Below are positions 49,488-60,020 of a stretch of DNA of 64,000 nt, one piece after another; the stretch's first letter is position 1; each line of letters opens with the position of its first letter. The stretch is from Candidatus Methylomirabilia bacterium (GTDB taxonomy: Bacteria > Methylomirabilota > Methylomirabilia > Rokubacteriales > CSP1-6). Made by a program: the position numbers and the translations under genes. Where the stretch lies: contig JBGQHJ010000005.1 of NCBI GenBank assembly GCA_041497895.1, positions 1-64,000 on the forward strand. The letters run 5' to 3'. The notes beneath the pieces are model-generated. The model made no database searches, was not told where the DNA came from, and saw only the letters and a program-made list of their open reading frames with translations.

Positions 49488-50416
49488 GCGGGGCCCTCGC
49501 CACCGTCGACCTCGGCACCAACACGGTGCGCCTCCTCGTCGTGGAGCCGGCCGGCTCGACGTGGCGCACGCTCGAGCAGACCCAGCGCGTGACCCGGCTC
49601 GGGGAAGGGCAGGGGGCCACCGGCCGCCTGGCCTCGGAGCCGATGCGGCGGACCGCGGCGGCGGTCGCCGAGTTCTCGCGGGCCGCGCGCGCGCTCGGCG
49701 CCGACCGCGTACGCATCGTCGCCACCAGCGCGGTGCGCGAGGCGGTGAATCGCGAGGAGTTCGTCGCCCGTCTCGAGCGCGAGTCGGGCGAGCGCGTGGA
49801 GGTGGTCTCGGGCGAGGAGGAGGCGCGCCTGACCCTCAAGGGGGTGACGTCCGGACTGCCGGGCCTCGGCGGCTCCTTCGTGCTCTTCGACATCGGCGGC
49901 GGCAGCACCGAGTTCGTCCTCGCGCGGGACGGCGCCCCCGCCGCCGCGGTGAGCCTCCGGCTCGGGGTGGTGACGCTCCAGGAGGAGTGGGGCGAACCCG
50001 GACCGGTACGATGGGAGCGCTTCGCGCGCCTGCGCGAGCACGTGGAGCGGCGGCTCGCCGCGGAGGTGCCGGCGGCCATCGCGGGCGCGGCGGTGGCCGA
50101 GCTGGTGGGTACCGCGGGCACCGTCACCACGCTGGCCGCGCTCGATCTCGGGCTCCGCGCCTACGACCCGGCGGCCGTCCACGGCCATCGTCTCGATCGC
50201 GCCGCGGTGGAGCGGCAGCTCGCCCGTCTGGGCGCGCTGGACGTGGAGGCCCGCGCGCTTCTTCCGTGCCTCGAGCCGGGTCGCGCCGACGTGATCATCC
50301 CCGGGATCGCGATCTGCCTGGCCACGATGGCGCGCCTCGGGCGCGAGACGCTGGTGGTGAGCGACCGCGGGCTCCGCGAGGGCATCCTGTGCGAGCTGCT
50401 GGGGACGGCGGCGTGA
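49484..50416 (+). CDS. Ppx/GppA phosphatase family protein
   Basis: VDLGTNT, ATSAVREA.N, GEEEA, DIGGGSTE, GTAGT, RADV and GLREG. Confidence 0.92.
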   Translation: MSGALATVDLGTNTVRLLVVEPAGSTWRTLEQTQRVTRLGEGQGATGRLASEPMRRTAAAVAEFSRAARALGADRVRIVATSAVREAVNREEFVARLERESGERVEVVSGEEEARLTLKGVTSGLPGLGGSFVLFDIGGGSTEFVLARDGAPAAAVSLRLGVVTLQEEWGEPGPVRWERFARLREHVERRLAAEVPAAIAGAAVAELVGTAGTVTTLAALDLGLRAYDPAAVHGHRLDRAAVERQLARLGALDVEARALLPCLEPGRADVIIPGIAICLATMARLGRETLVVSDRGLREGILCELLGTAA

Positions 50417-51423
50417 CGAGGCGGTCGACGCGCACCCTGTCGGTGATCGACTACCACGCCGAGGGGGAGCCGATGCGCATCGTGGTGGACGGCGTGGGTC
50501 GCGTGCCCGGCGCCACCCTGATGGCGCGCAGCGAGCACCTGGCCGCGCACGGCCGCGACCTGCTGGGCTTCACGCTCTACGAGCCGCGGGGCCACGCCGC
50601 CATGTGCGGCGCGATCCTGACCGAGCCGACGGCGCCGGAGGCGGACGCGGGGGTGCTCTTCATCGAGCCGCTCGGCCCCGTGCACATGTGCGGGCACGGG
50701 GCGATCGCGCTCGGCGCCATGCTGGTGGAGACCGGCCGCGTGGCCGCGCCGGGCGGCGCCGCCACCGTGACGCTCGAGACGCCGGCGGGGCTCGTGACCT
50801 GCCGGGTGCGCGCGCAGGCCGGGCAGCCGACGTCGGTGACGATCCGCAACGTGCCGGCCTTCTCGGTGGCCCTCGACCAGACGGTGGAGGTCCCCGGCGC
50901 AGGCCCGGTCCGCTTCGACCTCGCCTACGGCGGCCACTTCTACGCGCTGGTGGAGGCGGCACCCCTGGGGCTGACGCTCGAGCCCAAGGAGGCCTCCCGG
51001 CTCGTGGAGATCGGCGAGCGCGTCCGGCTCGCCATCGAAGCGTGCGTGCCCCTCGTGCACCCCGCGATGCCCGGCGCGCGCGGCCTGCTCTACGTCCAGT
51101 TCTACGAGCCGGCGCGCCGGCCCGACGCCCGGTACCGGAACGCGGTCGTGGTGGCCCCCGCGGGCCTCGACCGCTCGCCGTGCGGAACCGGCACCTCCGC
51201 GCGGCTCGCCAATCTCCACGCGCGCGGGCGCCTCGGGGTCGGGGAGGCGTTCGGCCACGAGTCCATCATCGGTACCCTCTTCACCGGCCGGATCGCCGGG
51301 CTCACCGACGTGGCCGGCACCGCCGCGGTGGTGCCCGAGATCACCGGGCGCGCATGGATGACCGGGCAGGGAACCCTCGTTCTCGACCCGAGCGATCCGT
51401 TCCCGGGGGGCTTTCTGCTCTAA
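50413..51423 (+). CDS. Proline racemase/hydroxyproline epimerase family (Cys/Cys type)
   Basis: DYHAEGEPMR, EPRGH, MCGH, YGG and DRSPCGTGTSA. Confidence 0.9.
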   Translation: MTRRSTRTLSVIDYHAEGEPMRIVVDGVGRVPGATLMARSEHLAAHGRDLLGFTLYEPRGHAAMCGAILTEPTAPEADAGVLFIEPLGPVHMCGHGAIALGAMLVETGRVAAPGGAATVTLETPAGLVTCRVRAQAGQPTSVTIRNVPAFSVALDQTVEVPGAGPVRFDLAYGGHFYALVEAAPLGLTLEPKEASRLVEIGERVRLAIEACVPLVHPAMPGARGLLYVQFYEPARRPDARYRNAVVVAPAGLDRSPCGTGTSARLANLHARGRLGVGEAFGHESIIGTLFTGRIAGLTDVAGTAAVVPEITGRAWMTGQGTLVLDPSDPFPGGFLL

Positions 51424-51485
51424 CTGCGCGTCACCGCGGCCCGTTTTGTTGACACTTCCACCGCTCGTGTGATGTTGTAGCGGCC

Positions 51486-51920
51486 ATGAGCCTGATCCCT
51501 CGCGTCATCGTGAGGCGGTGGCTGGAGTCGGTGCTGGCGCTCGTCTCGATCGCCATGCTGTACCTGAACCAGCACCCCGAGGCGCTGCCGCGCGCGCTCG
51601 ACCTCAAGAACGACGCGAACCTCACGCTCTGGGACTGGATCTTCCGCGGCATGGTCTTCGGGCTGCTCGGCGTATGGGGCTTCTCGGGGGTGATCGTGCT
51701 CTTCTTCCTCCTCTACTCGCCGATCTATCTGATCAACAAGGTGCCCCACCTCGCCGGCAAGGGCGGCTGGCTCGACAAGCGCGAGGTTCGCTTCTACCTG
51801 GCGTGCTTCGCGCTGGTGTGCCTGCTGCTCGCGCTGTTCACCCGCTCCCTCGACGCGGCGGCGATCCTGTTCGTCCTCCTCGCCGGCTTCGGCCCCCTGG
51901 TCTGGCGCCTCCTGGTGTAG
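51486..51920 (+). CDS. Hypothetical membrane protein
   Basis: Three to four hydrophobic segments; upstream TTGACA at 51449-51454. Confidence 0.7.
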   Translation: MSLIPRVIVRRWLESVLALVSIAMLYLNQHPEALPRALDLKNDANLTLWDWIFRGMVFGLLGVWGFSGVIVLFFLLYSPIYLINKVPHLAGKGGWLDKREVRFYLACFALVCLLLALFTRSLDAAAILFVLLAGFGPLVWRLLV

Positions 51921-51930
51921 CCCCGCTCAG

Positions 51931-51959
51931 TTGACAGGGTCCGGCCCCCCGCTTATCCT
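51931..51959 (+). promoter_or_regulatory. Sigma70 promoter for HNH-uvrB
   Basis: TTGACA-17bp-TATCCT, 10 nt before ATG 51970. Confidence 0.65.
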
Positions 51960-51969
51960 TTCGGGGTAT

Positions 51970-52500
51970 ATGGATGAAATCGCGGTCCTGGTGCTGAACT
52001 ACACCTACGAGCCGCTTCATTTCACCAACGCCAAGCGCGCCATCACCCTGCTGCTCGCGGGCAAGGCCGAGAGCGTCGAGGCCTCGCCGCGGGTGATCCG
52101 CTCGCCCTCGCGGAGCTTCCATCTCCCGGCCGTGATCCGGCTGGGCGCCTACATCCGCAAGCCGTTCCTGGAGCGAGTGGCGTTCAACAAGAAGAACATC
52201 CTGCGACGAGACGGCTACAGCTGCCAGTACTGCTCGCGCCGCGGCGAGAAGCTGACGGTCGACCACGTGGTCCCGCGCTCGCGCGGGGGCCAGACCACCT
52301 GGACCAACGTGGTCGCCGCGTGCCTGCGCTGCAACCTGCTCAAGGGCAACCGCACCCTGGAAGAGGCCCGGCTCCGCCTGATCCGCGAGCCGGTGCACCC
52401 GCAATTCCTCTTCTCGGTGCACCTGCTCCGGCATCCGCACGCGACGTCGTTCCTCGACTCGTGGCGGAAGTACCTGGTGGCGGTGCCGTCGACGTCCTGA
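51970..52500 (+). CDS. HNH endonuclease (McrA-like)
   Basis: VLVLN.TYEPL, RD...[16 protein letters not shown] and W.N.V.AC..CN..K. Confidence 0.9.
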   Translation: MDEIAVLVLNYTYEPLHFTNAKRAITLLLAGKAESVEASPRVIRSPSRSFHLPAVIRLGAYIRKPFLERVAFNKKNILRRDGYSCQYCSRRGEKLTVDHVVPRSRGGQTTWTNVVAACLRCNLLKGNRTLEEARLRLIREPVHPQFLFSVHLLRHPHATSFLDSWRKYLVAVPSTS

Positions 52501-52520
52501 GCCGCCCCCCGAGCCGCCAG

Positions 52521-54554
52521 ATGTCCGAGGGACTGTTCACGCTCGCCTCGGAGTTCGCCCCGTCCGGGGACCAGCCTCAGGCGATCGAGCGCCTGGTCTC
52601 GGTGATCGGCGCGGGGAGCCCCCACGCGGTGCTGCTGGGGGTGACCGGCAGCGGCAAGACCTTCACGCTGGCCAACGTGATCGCGCGCCTCAACCGGCCC
52701 GCGCTGGTGATCTCCCCCAACAAGACGCTCGCGGCCCAGCTCTATAGCGAGTTCAAGGCGTTCTTCCCGCAGAGCGCGGTCGAGTACTTCGTCTCCTACT
52801 ACGACTACTACCAGCCCGAGGCCTACATCCCCCAGTCCGACACCTACATCGAGAAGGACGCGCTGGTGAACGACGAGATCGACCGCATGCGGCACTCCGC
52901 CACCTCGTCGCTCTTCGAGCGACGGGACGTGGTGGTGGTGGCCTCGGTCTCGTGCATCTACGGCATCGGCGAGCCGGAGACGTACCACGGTATGCACGTG
53001 GCCCTGCGGGCGGGGCAGGGGATGGATCGCGACGCCCTGATCCGGTCGCTGGTCGCGGTGCAGTACGAGCGCAACGACTACGACTTCCGGCGCGGGACCT
53101 TCCGGGTGCGCGGCGACGTGGTCGAGGTGTTCCCGGCCGCCGCGGAGTCGGAGGCCCTCCGGGTCGAGTTCTGGGGCGATAGCGTGGAGCGGCTGATGAC
53201 CCTGGACCCGCTGCGAGGGGTAACGACCGGCACGCTCACCGACGTGCGCATCTACCCGGCCAGCCACTACGTGACCCCGGCGGCCCAGCTCGAGCGGGCG
53301 ATCACCGGGATCATGGACGAACTGCGGGAGCGGCTCGGGTTCCTCAAGGCGCGGGGCCGGCTGCTGGAGGCGCAGCGGCTCGAGCAGCGCACGCTCTTCG
53401 ACATGGAGATGCTGCGCGAGCTCGGCTACTGCCACGGCGTCGAGAACTACTCCCGCCATCTCTCCGGGCGCAAACCGGGGCAGAACCCGCCGACCCTGAT
53501 GGACTACCTGCCCAAGGACGCGCTGGTGATCCTCGACGAGTCCCACGTCACCGCCCCCCAGCTCCGGGGGATGTACCCGGGGGACCGCTCGCGCAAGGAG
53601 GCGCTGGTCGAGTACGGCTTCCGCCTGCCGTCGGCGTTCGACAACCGGCCGCTCACCTTCGAGGAGTTCGTGCGCCTCGTGCCGCAGACCCTCTACGTCT
53701 CGGCGACCCCGGGGCCGTACGAGCTCGAGCGGGCCGGCGTCGAGCGGAGCGGAGTCGGCCGGGGCCTGACCGGCGGGACGATGGCCGAGCAGATCATCCG
53801 GCCCACCGGGCTCATGGATCCCCGGATCACGGTGCGCCCGGCGTCGTCCCAGGTGGACGATCTCATGGCCGAGGTGCGGGCCCGGGCCGAGCGCGACGAG
53901 CGCGTGCTGATCACCACGCTCACCAAGCGGATGGCGGAGGACCTCACCGAGTACTATCAGCAGAACGGCCTGCGGGTCCGCTACCTGCATTCCGACATCG
54001 ACACCCTGGAGCGGGTCGCGCTGATCCGCGACCTGCGGCTCGGGAAGTTCGACGGCCTCATCGGCATCAACCTGCTGCGGGAGGGGCTCGACCTGCCGGA
54101 GGTCTCCCTGGTCGCGATCCTGGACGCGGACAAGGAGGGTTACCTGCGCTCCGCGACCTCGCTGATCCAGACCTCGGGCCGCGCGGCCCGGCACGTCAAC
54201 GGCGAGGTGATCATGTACGCCGACACCGTGACCGGCTCGATGCGCGAGGCCCTCGGCGAGACCGAGCGCCGCCGCGTCGTGCAGGGGGAGTACAACCGGG
54301 CCCACGGCATCACCCCGGAGTCGGTGCGCCGCTCGATCCGGGATCTCCTCGAGTCGGTGCCGGAGCGGGACTACTACACGGTCGAGGTCGAGAAGGCGCC
54401 CGCCACCCAGTGGGAGAGCGCGGCGGCCCTGGCCGCCCACGTCGCCGAGCTCGAGACCGCGATGAAGGACGCGGCGCGCCGGCTCGATTTCGAGCGGGCC
54501 GCCGAGCTGCGGGACCGCATCAAGGCCCTGCGCAAGGTCGATCTTGGAGTCTGA
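52521..54554 (+). CDS. uvrB: Excinuclease ABC subunit B
   Basis: [40 protein letters not shown] and C-terminal UVR domain. Confidence 0.97.
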   Translation: MSEGLFTLASEFAPSGDQPQAIERLVSVIGAGSPHAVLLGVTGSGKTFTLANVIARLNRPALVISPNKTLAAQLYSEFKAFFPQSAVEYFVSYYDYYQPEAYIPQSDTYIEKDALVNDEIDRMRHSATSSLFERRDVVVVASVSCIYGIGEPETYHGMHVALRAGQGMDRDALIRSLVAVQYERNDYDFRRGTFRVRGDVVEVFPAAAESEALRVEFWGDSVERLMTLDPLRGVTTGTLTDVRIYPASHYVTPAAQLERAITGIMDELRERLGFLKARGRLLEAQRLEQRTLFDMEMLRELGYCHGVENYSRHLSGRKPGQNPPTLMDYLPKDALVILDESHVTAPQLRGMYPGDRSRKEALVEYGFRLPSAFDNRPLTFEEFVRLVPQTLYVSATPGPYELERAGVERSGVGRGLTGGTMAEQIIRPTGLMDPRITVRPASSQVDDLMAEVRARAERDERVLITTLTKRMAEDLTEYYQQNGLRVRYLHSDIDTLERVALIRDLRLGKFDGLIGINLLREGLDLPEVSLVAILDADKEGYLRSATSLIQTSGRAARHVNGEVIMYADTVTGSMREALGETERRRVVQGEYNRAHGITPESVRRSIRDLLESVPERDYYTVEVEKAPATQWESAAALAAHVAELETAMKDAARRLDFERAAELRDRIKALRKVDLGV

Positions 54555-54578
54555 AGCCGGGGGTCTGAGGGCGGGGCG

Positions 54579-54794
54579 ATGCTCTTCAAGTGGGTACTGA
54601 TCTTCTTCGGCGTGCTCTCGATCGCATTGTTCGTGCTCTCGAAAGCGATCGCGTTCATGAATCCGCCGCGCCCGGGCCGCCCGCGGCCGCCGATGCTGCG
54701 GCGCGTCCGTCGCACGCTGACCTGGACGGTGCTCGTGCCCGCGGTGGCCGCGCTGGTCCTGCTCGCGGTCGCGCTCCTGCGTCAGCCGCCGTGA
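54579..54794 (+). CDS. Small two-TM membrane protein
   Basis: Two hydrophobic helices flanking a basic loop; fills the uvrB-uvrC gap. Confidence 0.55.
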   Translation: MLFKWVLIFFGVLSIALFVLSKAIAFMNPPRPGRPRPPMLRRVRRTLTWTVLVPAVAALVLLAVALLRQPP

Positions 54795-54804
54795 CCGGGG
54801 AGAG

Positions 54805-56646
54805 GTGGCGGTGACCCTCGAGGAGAAGGTCGATCAGGTCCCGGCCCGGCCCGGCGTCTACCTCTACAAGGACGCGAAGGCCCAGATCATCTACATCGGC
54901 AAGGCCGCCTCGCTGCGGAACCGCGTACGCTCCTACTTCCAGGAATCGCGCGCCCCCGACCCCAAGACCGACGCGCTGGTCGGGCACATCCGCGACCTCG
55001 AGTACATCGTGACCGCCAACGAGCTCGAGGCGATGATCCTCGAGTCGACGCTGGTCAAGAAGCACCGGCCCCGCTACAACATCATCCTGCGGGACGACAA
55101 GCACTACCCGTTTCTGAAGCTCACCACCAACGAGGAGTTCCCGCGGCTGGTGGTGGCCCGGCGGGTGCAGAAGGACGGCGCGAGCTACTTCGGTCCGTTC
55201 TATCCCGCCACCGCGATGCGCGAGACCCTCCGCCTCGTGCGCCAGCTCTTCCCCCTCCGGACGTGCCGGATCAAGATCGACGGCACCCTCTCGCGTCCGT
55301 GCCTGCAGTACTACATCCACCGCTGCAACGCGCCGTGCACGGGCTGGGAGACCGCGGAGGGCTACGCCGGGACGGTCAAGGACGTGGAGCGCTTCCTCGA
55401 GGGCAAGAGCGACGACCTCGCGGCCCGGCTCACCCGGGAGATGGAGGCCGCGGCCGGGGAGATGAAGTTCGAGCGGGCCGCCGCCCTGCGCGACCGGGTC
55501 CAGGCCCTCAACACGGTGCGGGAGCGGCAGCAGATGATCTCGACCGAGGAGGAGGACCAGGACGTGGTGGGCGTGGTCCGCCAGGGGTCGGAGGCCTGCG
55601 TGCAGCTCTTCTTCGTGCGCAAGGGCCGGCTCCTCGGACGCGAGTCGTTCTTCTTCGAGCGGGTGTCCGGCTGGAGCGATGGGGAGATCCTCTCCGCGTT
55701 CACCCGCCAGTTCTACGCGCGCAACGTCGTGCCCCCGCCCGAGATCCTGCTCTCGGAGGCCCTGCCGGAGGCGGAGCTGACCCAGGAGTGGCTGGTCCAG
55801 CGCCGGGGCGGGCGGGTGGAGCTGCTCGCGCCCCAGCGGGGCCGCAAGCGTGACCTGGTGGGAATGGCGGAGGAGAACGCGGCGCTGGCGCTGCAGACGC
55901 ACCTGCTCGCCCGCGGCAACCGGCAGCAGGTGGTCCTGGAGGACATCGAGCGCTCGCTCGGCCTGCCCGGCCCGCCGCACCGGATCGAGGCCTTCGACAT
56001 CTCCACCCATCAGGGGAAGGAGACGGTGGCCTCGATGGTGGTGTGGCAGGACGGGGACATGAAGAAGGACGACTACAAGCGCTTCAAGATCCGCACCGTC
56101 GTCGGCACCGACGACTTCGCCTCCATGCAGGAGGTGCTGACCCGCCGCTACGGTCGCGCGCTCGAGAGCGAGGGCGCGATGCCCGATCTCATCCTGCTCG
56201 ACGGCGGGCGCGGACAGCTCGGCGCCGGCCTCAAGGCACTCGAGGACCTCGGTCTCGACTACGTCCCGGTGGCCGCGCTGGCCAAGCGGGCCGAGGAGGT
56301 CTACACGCCGGACCGGCTCGAGCCGCTCGTGCTCGACATGGGCTCTCCCGCGCTGCAGGCGCTGCAGAGGATCCGGGACGAGGCGCACCGCTTCGCGATC
56401 ACCTATCACAAGAAGCTCCGCCAGAAACGGGCCATCGCCTCGGTGCTCGACCAGATCCCCGGGGTGGGGCCGAGCCTTCGCACGAGCCTGCTCAAGACCC
56501 TGGGCTCGGCCAAGGGCGTTCGCGAGGCCTCGGTGGCCGATCTGGCCTCGGTACCGAAGATCACCCCGAAGCTGGCGCAACGCATCTATGATTTCTTCCA
56601 CCCGGCCCCGGGGCAGGGGGAACCTTCCACGGGCCAGGGGGGTTAA
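54805..56646 (+). CDS. uvrC: Excinuclease ABC subunit C
   Basis: PGVY, YIGKA, RIEAFDIS, LLDGG.GQ, RDEAHRFA and HhH motifs. Confidence 0.97.
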   Translation: MAVTLEEKVDQVPARPGVYLYKDAKAQIIYIGKAASLRNRVRSYFQESRAPDPKTDALVGHIRDLEYIVTANELEAMILESTLVKKHRPRYNIILRDDKHYPFLKLTTNEEFPRLVVARRVQKDGASYFGPFYPATAMRETLRLVRQLFPLRTCRIKIDGTLSRPCLQYYIHRCNAPCTGWETAEGYAGTVKDVERFLEGKSDDLAARLTREMEAAAGEMKFERAAALRDRVQALNTVRERQQMISTEEEDQDVVGVVRQGSEACVQLFFVRKGRLLGRESFFFERVSGWSDGEILSAFTRQFYARNVVPPPEILLSEALPEAELTQEWLVQRRGGRVELLAPQRGRKRDLVGMAEENAALALQTHLLARGNRQQVVLEDIERSLGLPGPPHRIEAFDISTHQGKETVASMVVWQDGDMKKDDYKRFKIRTVVGTDDFASMQEVLTRRYGRALESEGAMPDLILLDGGRGQLGAGLKALEDLGLDYVPVAALAKRAEEVYTPDRLEPLVLDMGSPALQALQRIRDEAHRFAITYHKKLRQKRAIASVLDQIPGVGPSLRTSLLKTLGSAKGVREASVADLASVPKITPKLAQRIYDFFHPAPGQGEPSTGQGG

Positions 56647-56680
56647 GCGTGCAGGACCGAACTGAAAGGGGGTGAGTTCT

Positions 56681-56929
56681 ATGAAGATGCTCATGATGGC
56701 GCTCGCGATCGTGGCGTTCGCGGTGGCTCCGGCGCTGGCCAACCAGTGCCCGCTCCTGATCAAGCAGATCCAGGACGCGACGGCCGGCAAGACCGACGAC
56801 GCGTCGAAGAAGGCGCAGGCCCTGGCCGCCGAGGCCAAGGCATTGCACGACGCCGGCAAGCACGCCGAGTCGGTGGCCAAGGCGGACGAAGCCGCCAAGG
56901 CGATCAACCTGACCCTGAAGAAGAAGTAG
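56681..56929 (+). CDS. Small secreted helical protein
   Basis: Signal peptide (ALA-NQCP); Ala/Lys-rich helices; LHDAGKH. Confidence 0.7.
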   Translation: MKMLMMALAIVAFAVAPALANQCPLLIKQIQDATAGKTDDASKKAQALAAEAKALHDAGKHAESVAKADEAAKAINLTLKKK

Positions 56930-56942
56930 GCCCGCGCCCAAC

Positions 56943-56979
56943 CCCCGGGGGCCGTCGGGCCCCCGGGGAGCCGTTTCTT
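56943..56979 (+). terminator. Putative intrinsic terminator
   Basis: ccccgggggcc-gtcg-ggcccccgggg stem followed by a weak T tract. Confidence 0.45.
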
Positions 56980-57016
56980 GCGCCCCCCGCCTAAGCGTGC
57001 AAAAATCAGGGCCAAT

Positions 57017-59518
57017 ATGGCCCTCGACGACCGGCCGGAGCGCTACCCCTTCCCCGAGATCGAGGCCAGGTGGCAAAAGGCCTGGGCGGACGCCCAGCAG
57101 TTCAAGGTGAGCGAGGCCCCGGGCCGGCCCAAGTACTACTGCCTCGAGATGTTCCCGTACCCCTCGGGCCGGATCCACATGGGTCACGTGCGGGTCTACG
57201 CGATCGGCGATCTCCTGGCCCGTTACAAGTGGATGCGCGGGTTCAACGTGCTGCACCCGATGGGGTGGGACGCCTTCGGCCTCCCCGCCGAGAACGCGGC
57301 CATCGACAACGGGGTCCACCCCGCGGTGTGGACCTACGAGAACATCGACAACATGCGCACCCAGCTCAAGCGCATGGGCATCTCCTACGACTGGGACCGC
57401 GAGGTGACCACCTGCGATCCGGCCTACTACAAGTGGGAGCAGCTCGTCTTCATCCGCATGCTCGAGCGCGGTCTCGCCTACCGGCGACGCTCCCGGGTGA
57501 ACTGGTGCCCCTCGTGCCAGACCATCCTCGCCAACGAGCAGGTGGAGGCGGGCCGGTGCTGGCGCTGCGACTCCGAGGTCGTGACCAAGGAGATCGACGG
57601 CTGGTTCTTCAAGATCACCGAGTACGCCCAGGAGCTGCTCGACTGGTGCGACCGCCTCCCCGGCTGGCCCGAGCGGGTGCTGACCATGCAGCGCAACTGG
57701 ATCGGCCGCAGCGAGGGGGCCGAGTTCGCGCTGCCGGTGGCCGGGCGCCCGGACGTGAAGATCCCGATCTACACCACGCGTCCCGACACCTCGTTCGGCA
57801 TGACCTACGCGGTCCTGGCCCCCGAGCACCCGCTGGTCGACAGCCTCGTCCCCGACGCGGAGGAGCGCCGCGGGGTGGACGCGTTCCGGGCCGAGGTGGC
57901 GCGCGAGTCGGAGATCGAGCGCCTCGCCACCGACCGCCCCAAGCACGGCCTCCGCCTGCGCGCGCGGGCGATCAATCCGTTCACCGGGCGGGAGATCCCG
58001 CTCTTCCTCGCCGACTACGTGCTGATGGGCTACGGCACCGGCGCGATCATGGCGGTGCCGGGCGAGGACCAGCGCGACTGGGACTTCGCCAAGGCGCACG
58101 ACCTACCGATCATCGCCACCGTGAAGCGTCCCGACGACTGGGCGGACGAGCAGGCGTACACCGGCGACGGGGTGAAGATCAACTCCGGCTTCCTCGACGG
58201 TCTCGGGATCGAGGAGGCCAAGCGCAAGGCGATCGACTGGCTGGTCGCGCAGGGGCTCGGGCAGGCCAAGGTCAACTTCCGGCTCCGGGACTGGGGCATC
58301 AGCCGGCAGCGTTACTGGGGCGCCCCGATCCCGGTACTCTACTGCGAGCGCGACGGCATGGTGCCGGAGCGGGAGGAGAACCTCCCGGTGGTGCTGCCGC
58401 GCGACGTGCAGATCAGCGGCAAGGGGGGCTCGCCGCTCGCGGAGGTGGCGGGGTTCGTGAACGCGACGTGTCCCAAGTGCGGGGGCAGGGCCCGCCGCGA
58501 TACCGACACCATGGACACCTTCGTGGAGTCGTCCTGGTACTTCCTGCGCTACTGCTCGCCGACCTACGACCGGGGCATGTTCGATCCGGCCGCGGTGGCC
58601 TACTGGATGCCGGTCGACCAGTACATCGGGGGCATCGAGCACGCGGTGCTGCACCTGCTCTACGCCCGCTTCTACACCAAGGTCCTCCGCGACCTCGGCA
58701 TGCTCAAGGTCGACGAGCCCTTCCACGCGCTGCTCTCCCAGGGCATGGTCATCAAGGACGGGGCGAAGATGTCGAAGTCGAAGGGCAACGTGGTGGATCC
58801 CGACGAGCTGATCCGTCGCTTCGGGGCCGACACCGCGCGCCTCTTCTCGCTCTTCGCGGCGCCGCCCGAGAAGGACCTCGACTGGAACGACCGCGGAGTC
58901 GAGGGCGCCTCCCGCTTCCTCAACCGCGTCTGGCGCTTCGTCCACACCAACCTGCCGGAGTTGAAGGCCGCTCCGCGCGCGGTCCCGGGGCCGGGGTCGG
59001 ACGGGGGGCGCGCGTTCCGCCGGGTGATCCACGAGACGATCCGGAAGGTCACCCACGACATCGAGCACGATTTTCACTTCAACACCGCGATCAGCGCGGT
59101 GATGGAGCTCGTCAACGCGCTCCACGAGTTCGAGCGCGTCTCGCTCGACGGGATGCCGCGCGAGGAGCGCTCCGGGCTGCTCCGCGAGGCGGTCGAGGCC
59201 ACGCTCCTCCTGCTGGGGCCGGTCTCGCCGCACATCACCGAGGAGCTGTGGGCCGCCCTCGGCCACACCCAGAGCCTGTTCAGGCAGCGGTGGCCCGAGC
59301 CCGATCCCGCGGCGCTGGCCCGCGACGAGGTGGAGATCGTGGTGCAGGTCGACGGCCGCGTGCGCAGTCGCCTGACCGCCCTCGTGGGGGCGCAGGAGGC
59401 GGAGGTGCGGGAGAAGGCCCTCGCCGACGACAAGGTGCGCCCGTGGCTCGACGGCCGCCGCATCGCGAAGGTGGTGGTGGTGCCGGGCCGCCTCGTCAAC
59501 ATCGTGACCCGTGGCTGA
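57017..59518 (+). CDS. leuS: Leucine--tRNA ligase
   Basis: MFPYPSG, HMGH, GWDAFGLPAENAA, TTRPDT editing domain and KMSKS. Confidence 0.97.
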   Translation: MALDDRPERYPFPEIEARWQKAWADAQQFKVSEAPGRPKYYCLEMFPYPSGRIHMGHVRVYAIGDLLARYKWMRGFNVLHPMGWDAFGLPAENAAIDNGVHPAVWTYENIDNMRTQLKRMGISYDWDREVTTCDPAYYKWEQLVFIRMLERGLAYRRRSRVNWCPSCQTILANEQVEAGRCWRCDSEVVTKEIDGWFFKITEYAQELLDWCDRLPGWPERVLTMQRNWIGRSEGAEFALPVAGRPDVKIPIYTTRPDTSFGMTYAVLAPEHPLVDSLVPDAEERRGVDAFRAEVARESEIERLATDRPKHGLRLRARAINPFTGREIPLFLADYVLMGYGTGAIMAVPGEDQRDWDFAKAHDLPIIATVKRPDDWADEQAYTGDGVKINSGFLDGLGIEEAKRKAIDWLVAQGLGQAKVNFRLRDWGISRQRYWGAPIPVLYCERDGMVPEREENLPVVLPRDVQISGKGGSPLAEVAGFVNATCPKCGGRARRDTDTMDTFVESSWYFLRYCSPTYDRGMFDPAAVAYWMPVDQYIGGIEHAVLHLLYARFYTKVLRDLGMLKVDEPFHALLSQGMVIKDGAKMSKSKGNVVDPDELIRRFGADTARLFSLFAAPPEKDLDWNDRGVEGASRFLNRVWRFVHTNLPELKAAPRAVPGPGSDGGRAFRRVIHETIRKVTHDIEHDFHFNTAISAVMELVNALHEFERVSLDGMPREERSGLLREAVEATLLLLGPVSPHITEELWAALGHTQSLFRQRWPEPDPAALARDEVEIVVQVDGRVRSRLTALVGAQEAEVREKALADDKVRPWLDGRRIAKVVVVPGRLVNIVTRG

Positions 59519-60020
59519 GGCCCGGCGCGGTCTCGGGCTGGTCCTGGCCGCCGTCCTCCTGGCGGGGTGTGGCTACAGCACCCGCGGCAGCCTGCCCGAC
59601 CACATCAAGACCGTCGCGGTCCCGATCTTCAAGAACCGGACCCTCGAGCCCGGGGTCGAGAGCGCGATCACGGCGGGCGTGGTCAACGCCTTCTCGAGCG
59701 GAGGGCGGGTGAAGGTGGTTCCCATCGACGAGGCCGACGCCATCCTGCAGGGCGAGGTGGTGGGCTACAGCCTCGACGGCCTGAGCTTCGACACCAACGC
59801 CAACGTGCGCGCCTACCGGCTCCGACTCGTGCTCAACGTGGAGTTCCGCGACGTGCGGCGGAGCGCGATGCTCTGGCGACAGGAGGGCCTGTCGGAGACG
59901 TCGGACTTCCAGGTCGCGGGGCAGGTGTCGGACACGATCGCCCGCGGACAGGGGGCCGTGCAGCAGGCCGCCGCCGAGATCGGGCGGAAGGTGGTCAACC
60001 TGGCGGTGGACCGCTTCTAG
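59511..60020 (+). CDS. lptE: LptE-family LPS assembly lipoprotein
   Basis: LAGC lipobox followed by GY; conserved leuS-lptE-holA gene order. Confidence 0.8.
   Translation: MAEARRGLGLVLAAVLLAGCGYSTRGSLPDHIKTVAVPIFKNRTLEPGVESAITAGVVNAFSSGGRVKVVPIDEADAILQGEVVGYSLDGLSFDTNANVRAYRLRLVLNVEFRDVRRSAMLWRQEGLSETSDFQVAGQVSDTIARGQGAVQQAAAEIGRKVVNLAVDRF

Noticed and set aside
51970..52500. HNH gene as part of a CRISPR, restriction or IscB system
   Set aside because: No repeat array, methylase, RuvC domain or transposon ends nearby; it is a stand-alone McrA-like family member.
53730..53781. Short Gly-rich extra segment in UvrB ([14 protein letters not shown])
   Set aside because: A small loop-length variation with no inverted or direct repeats indicating an element.
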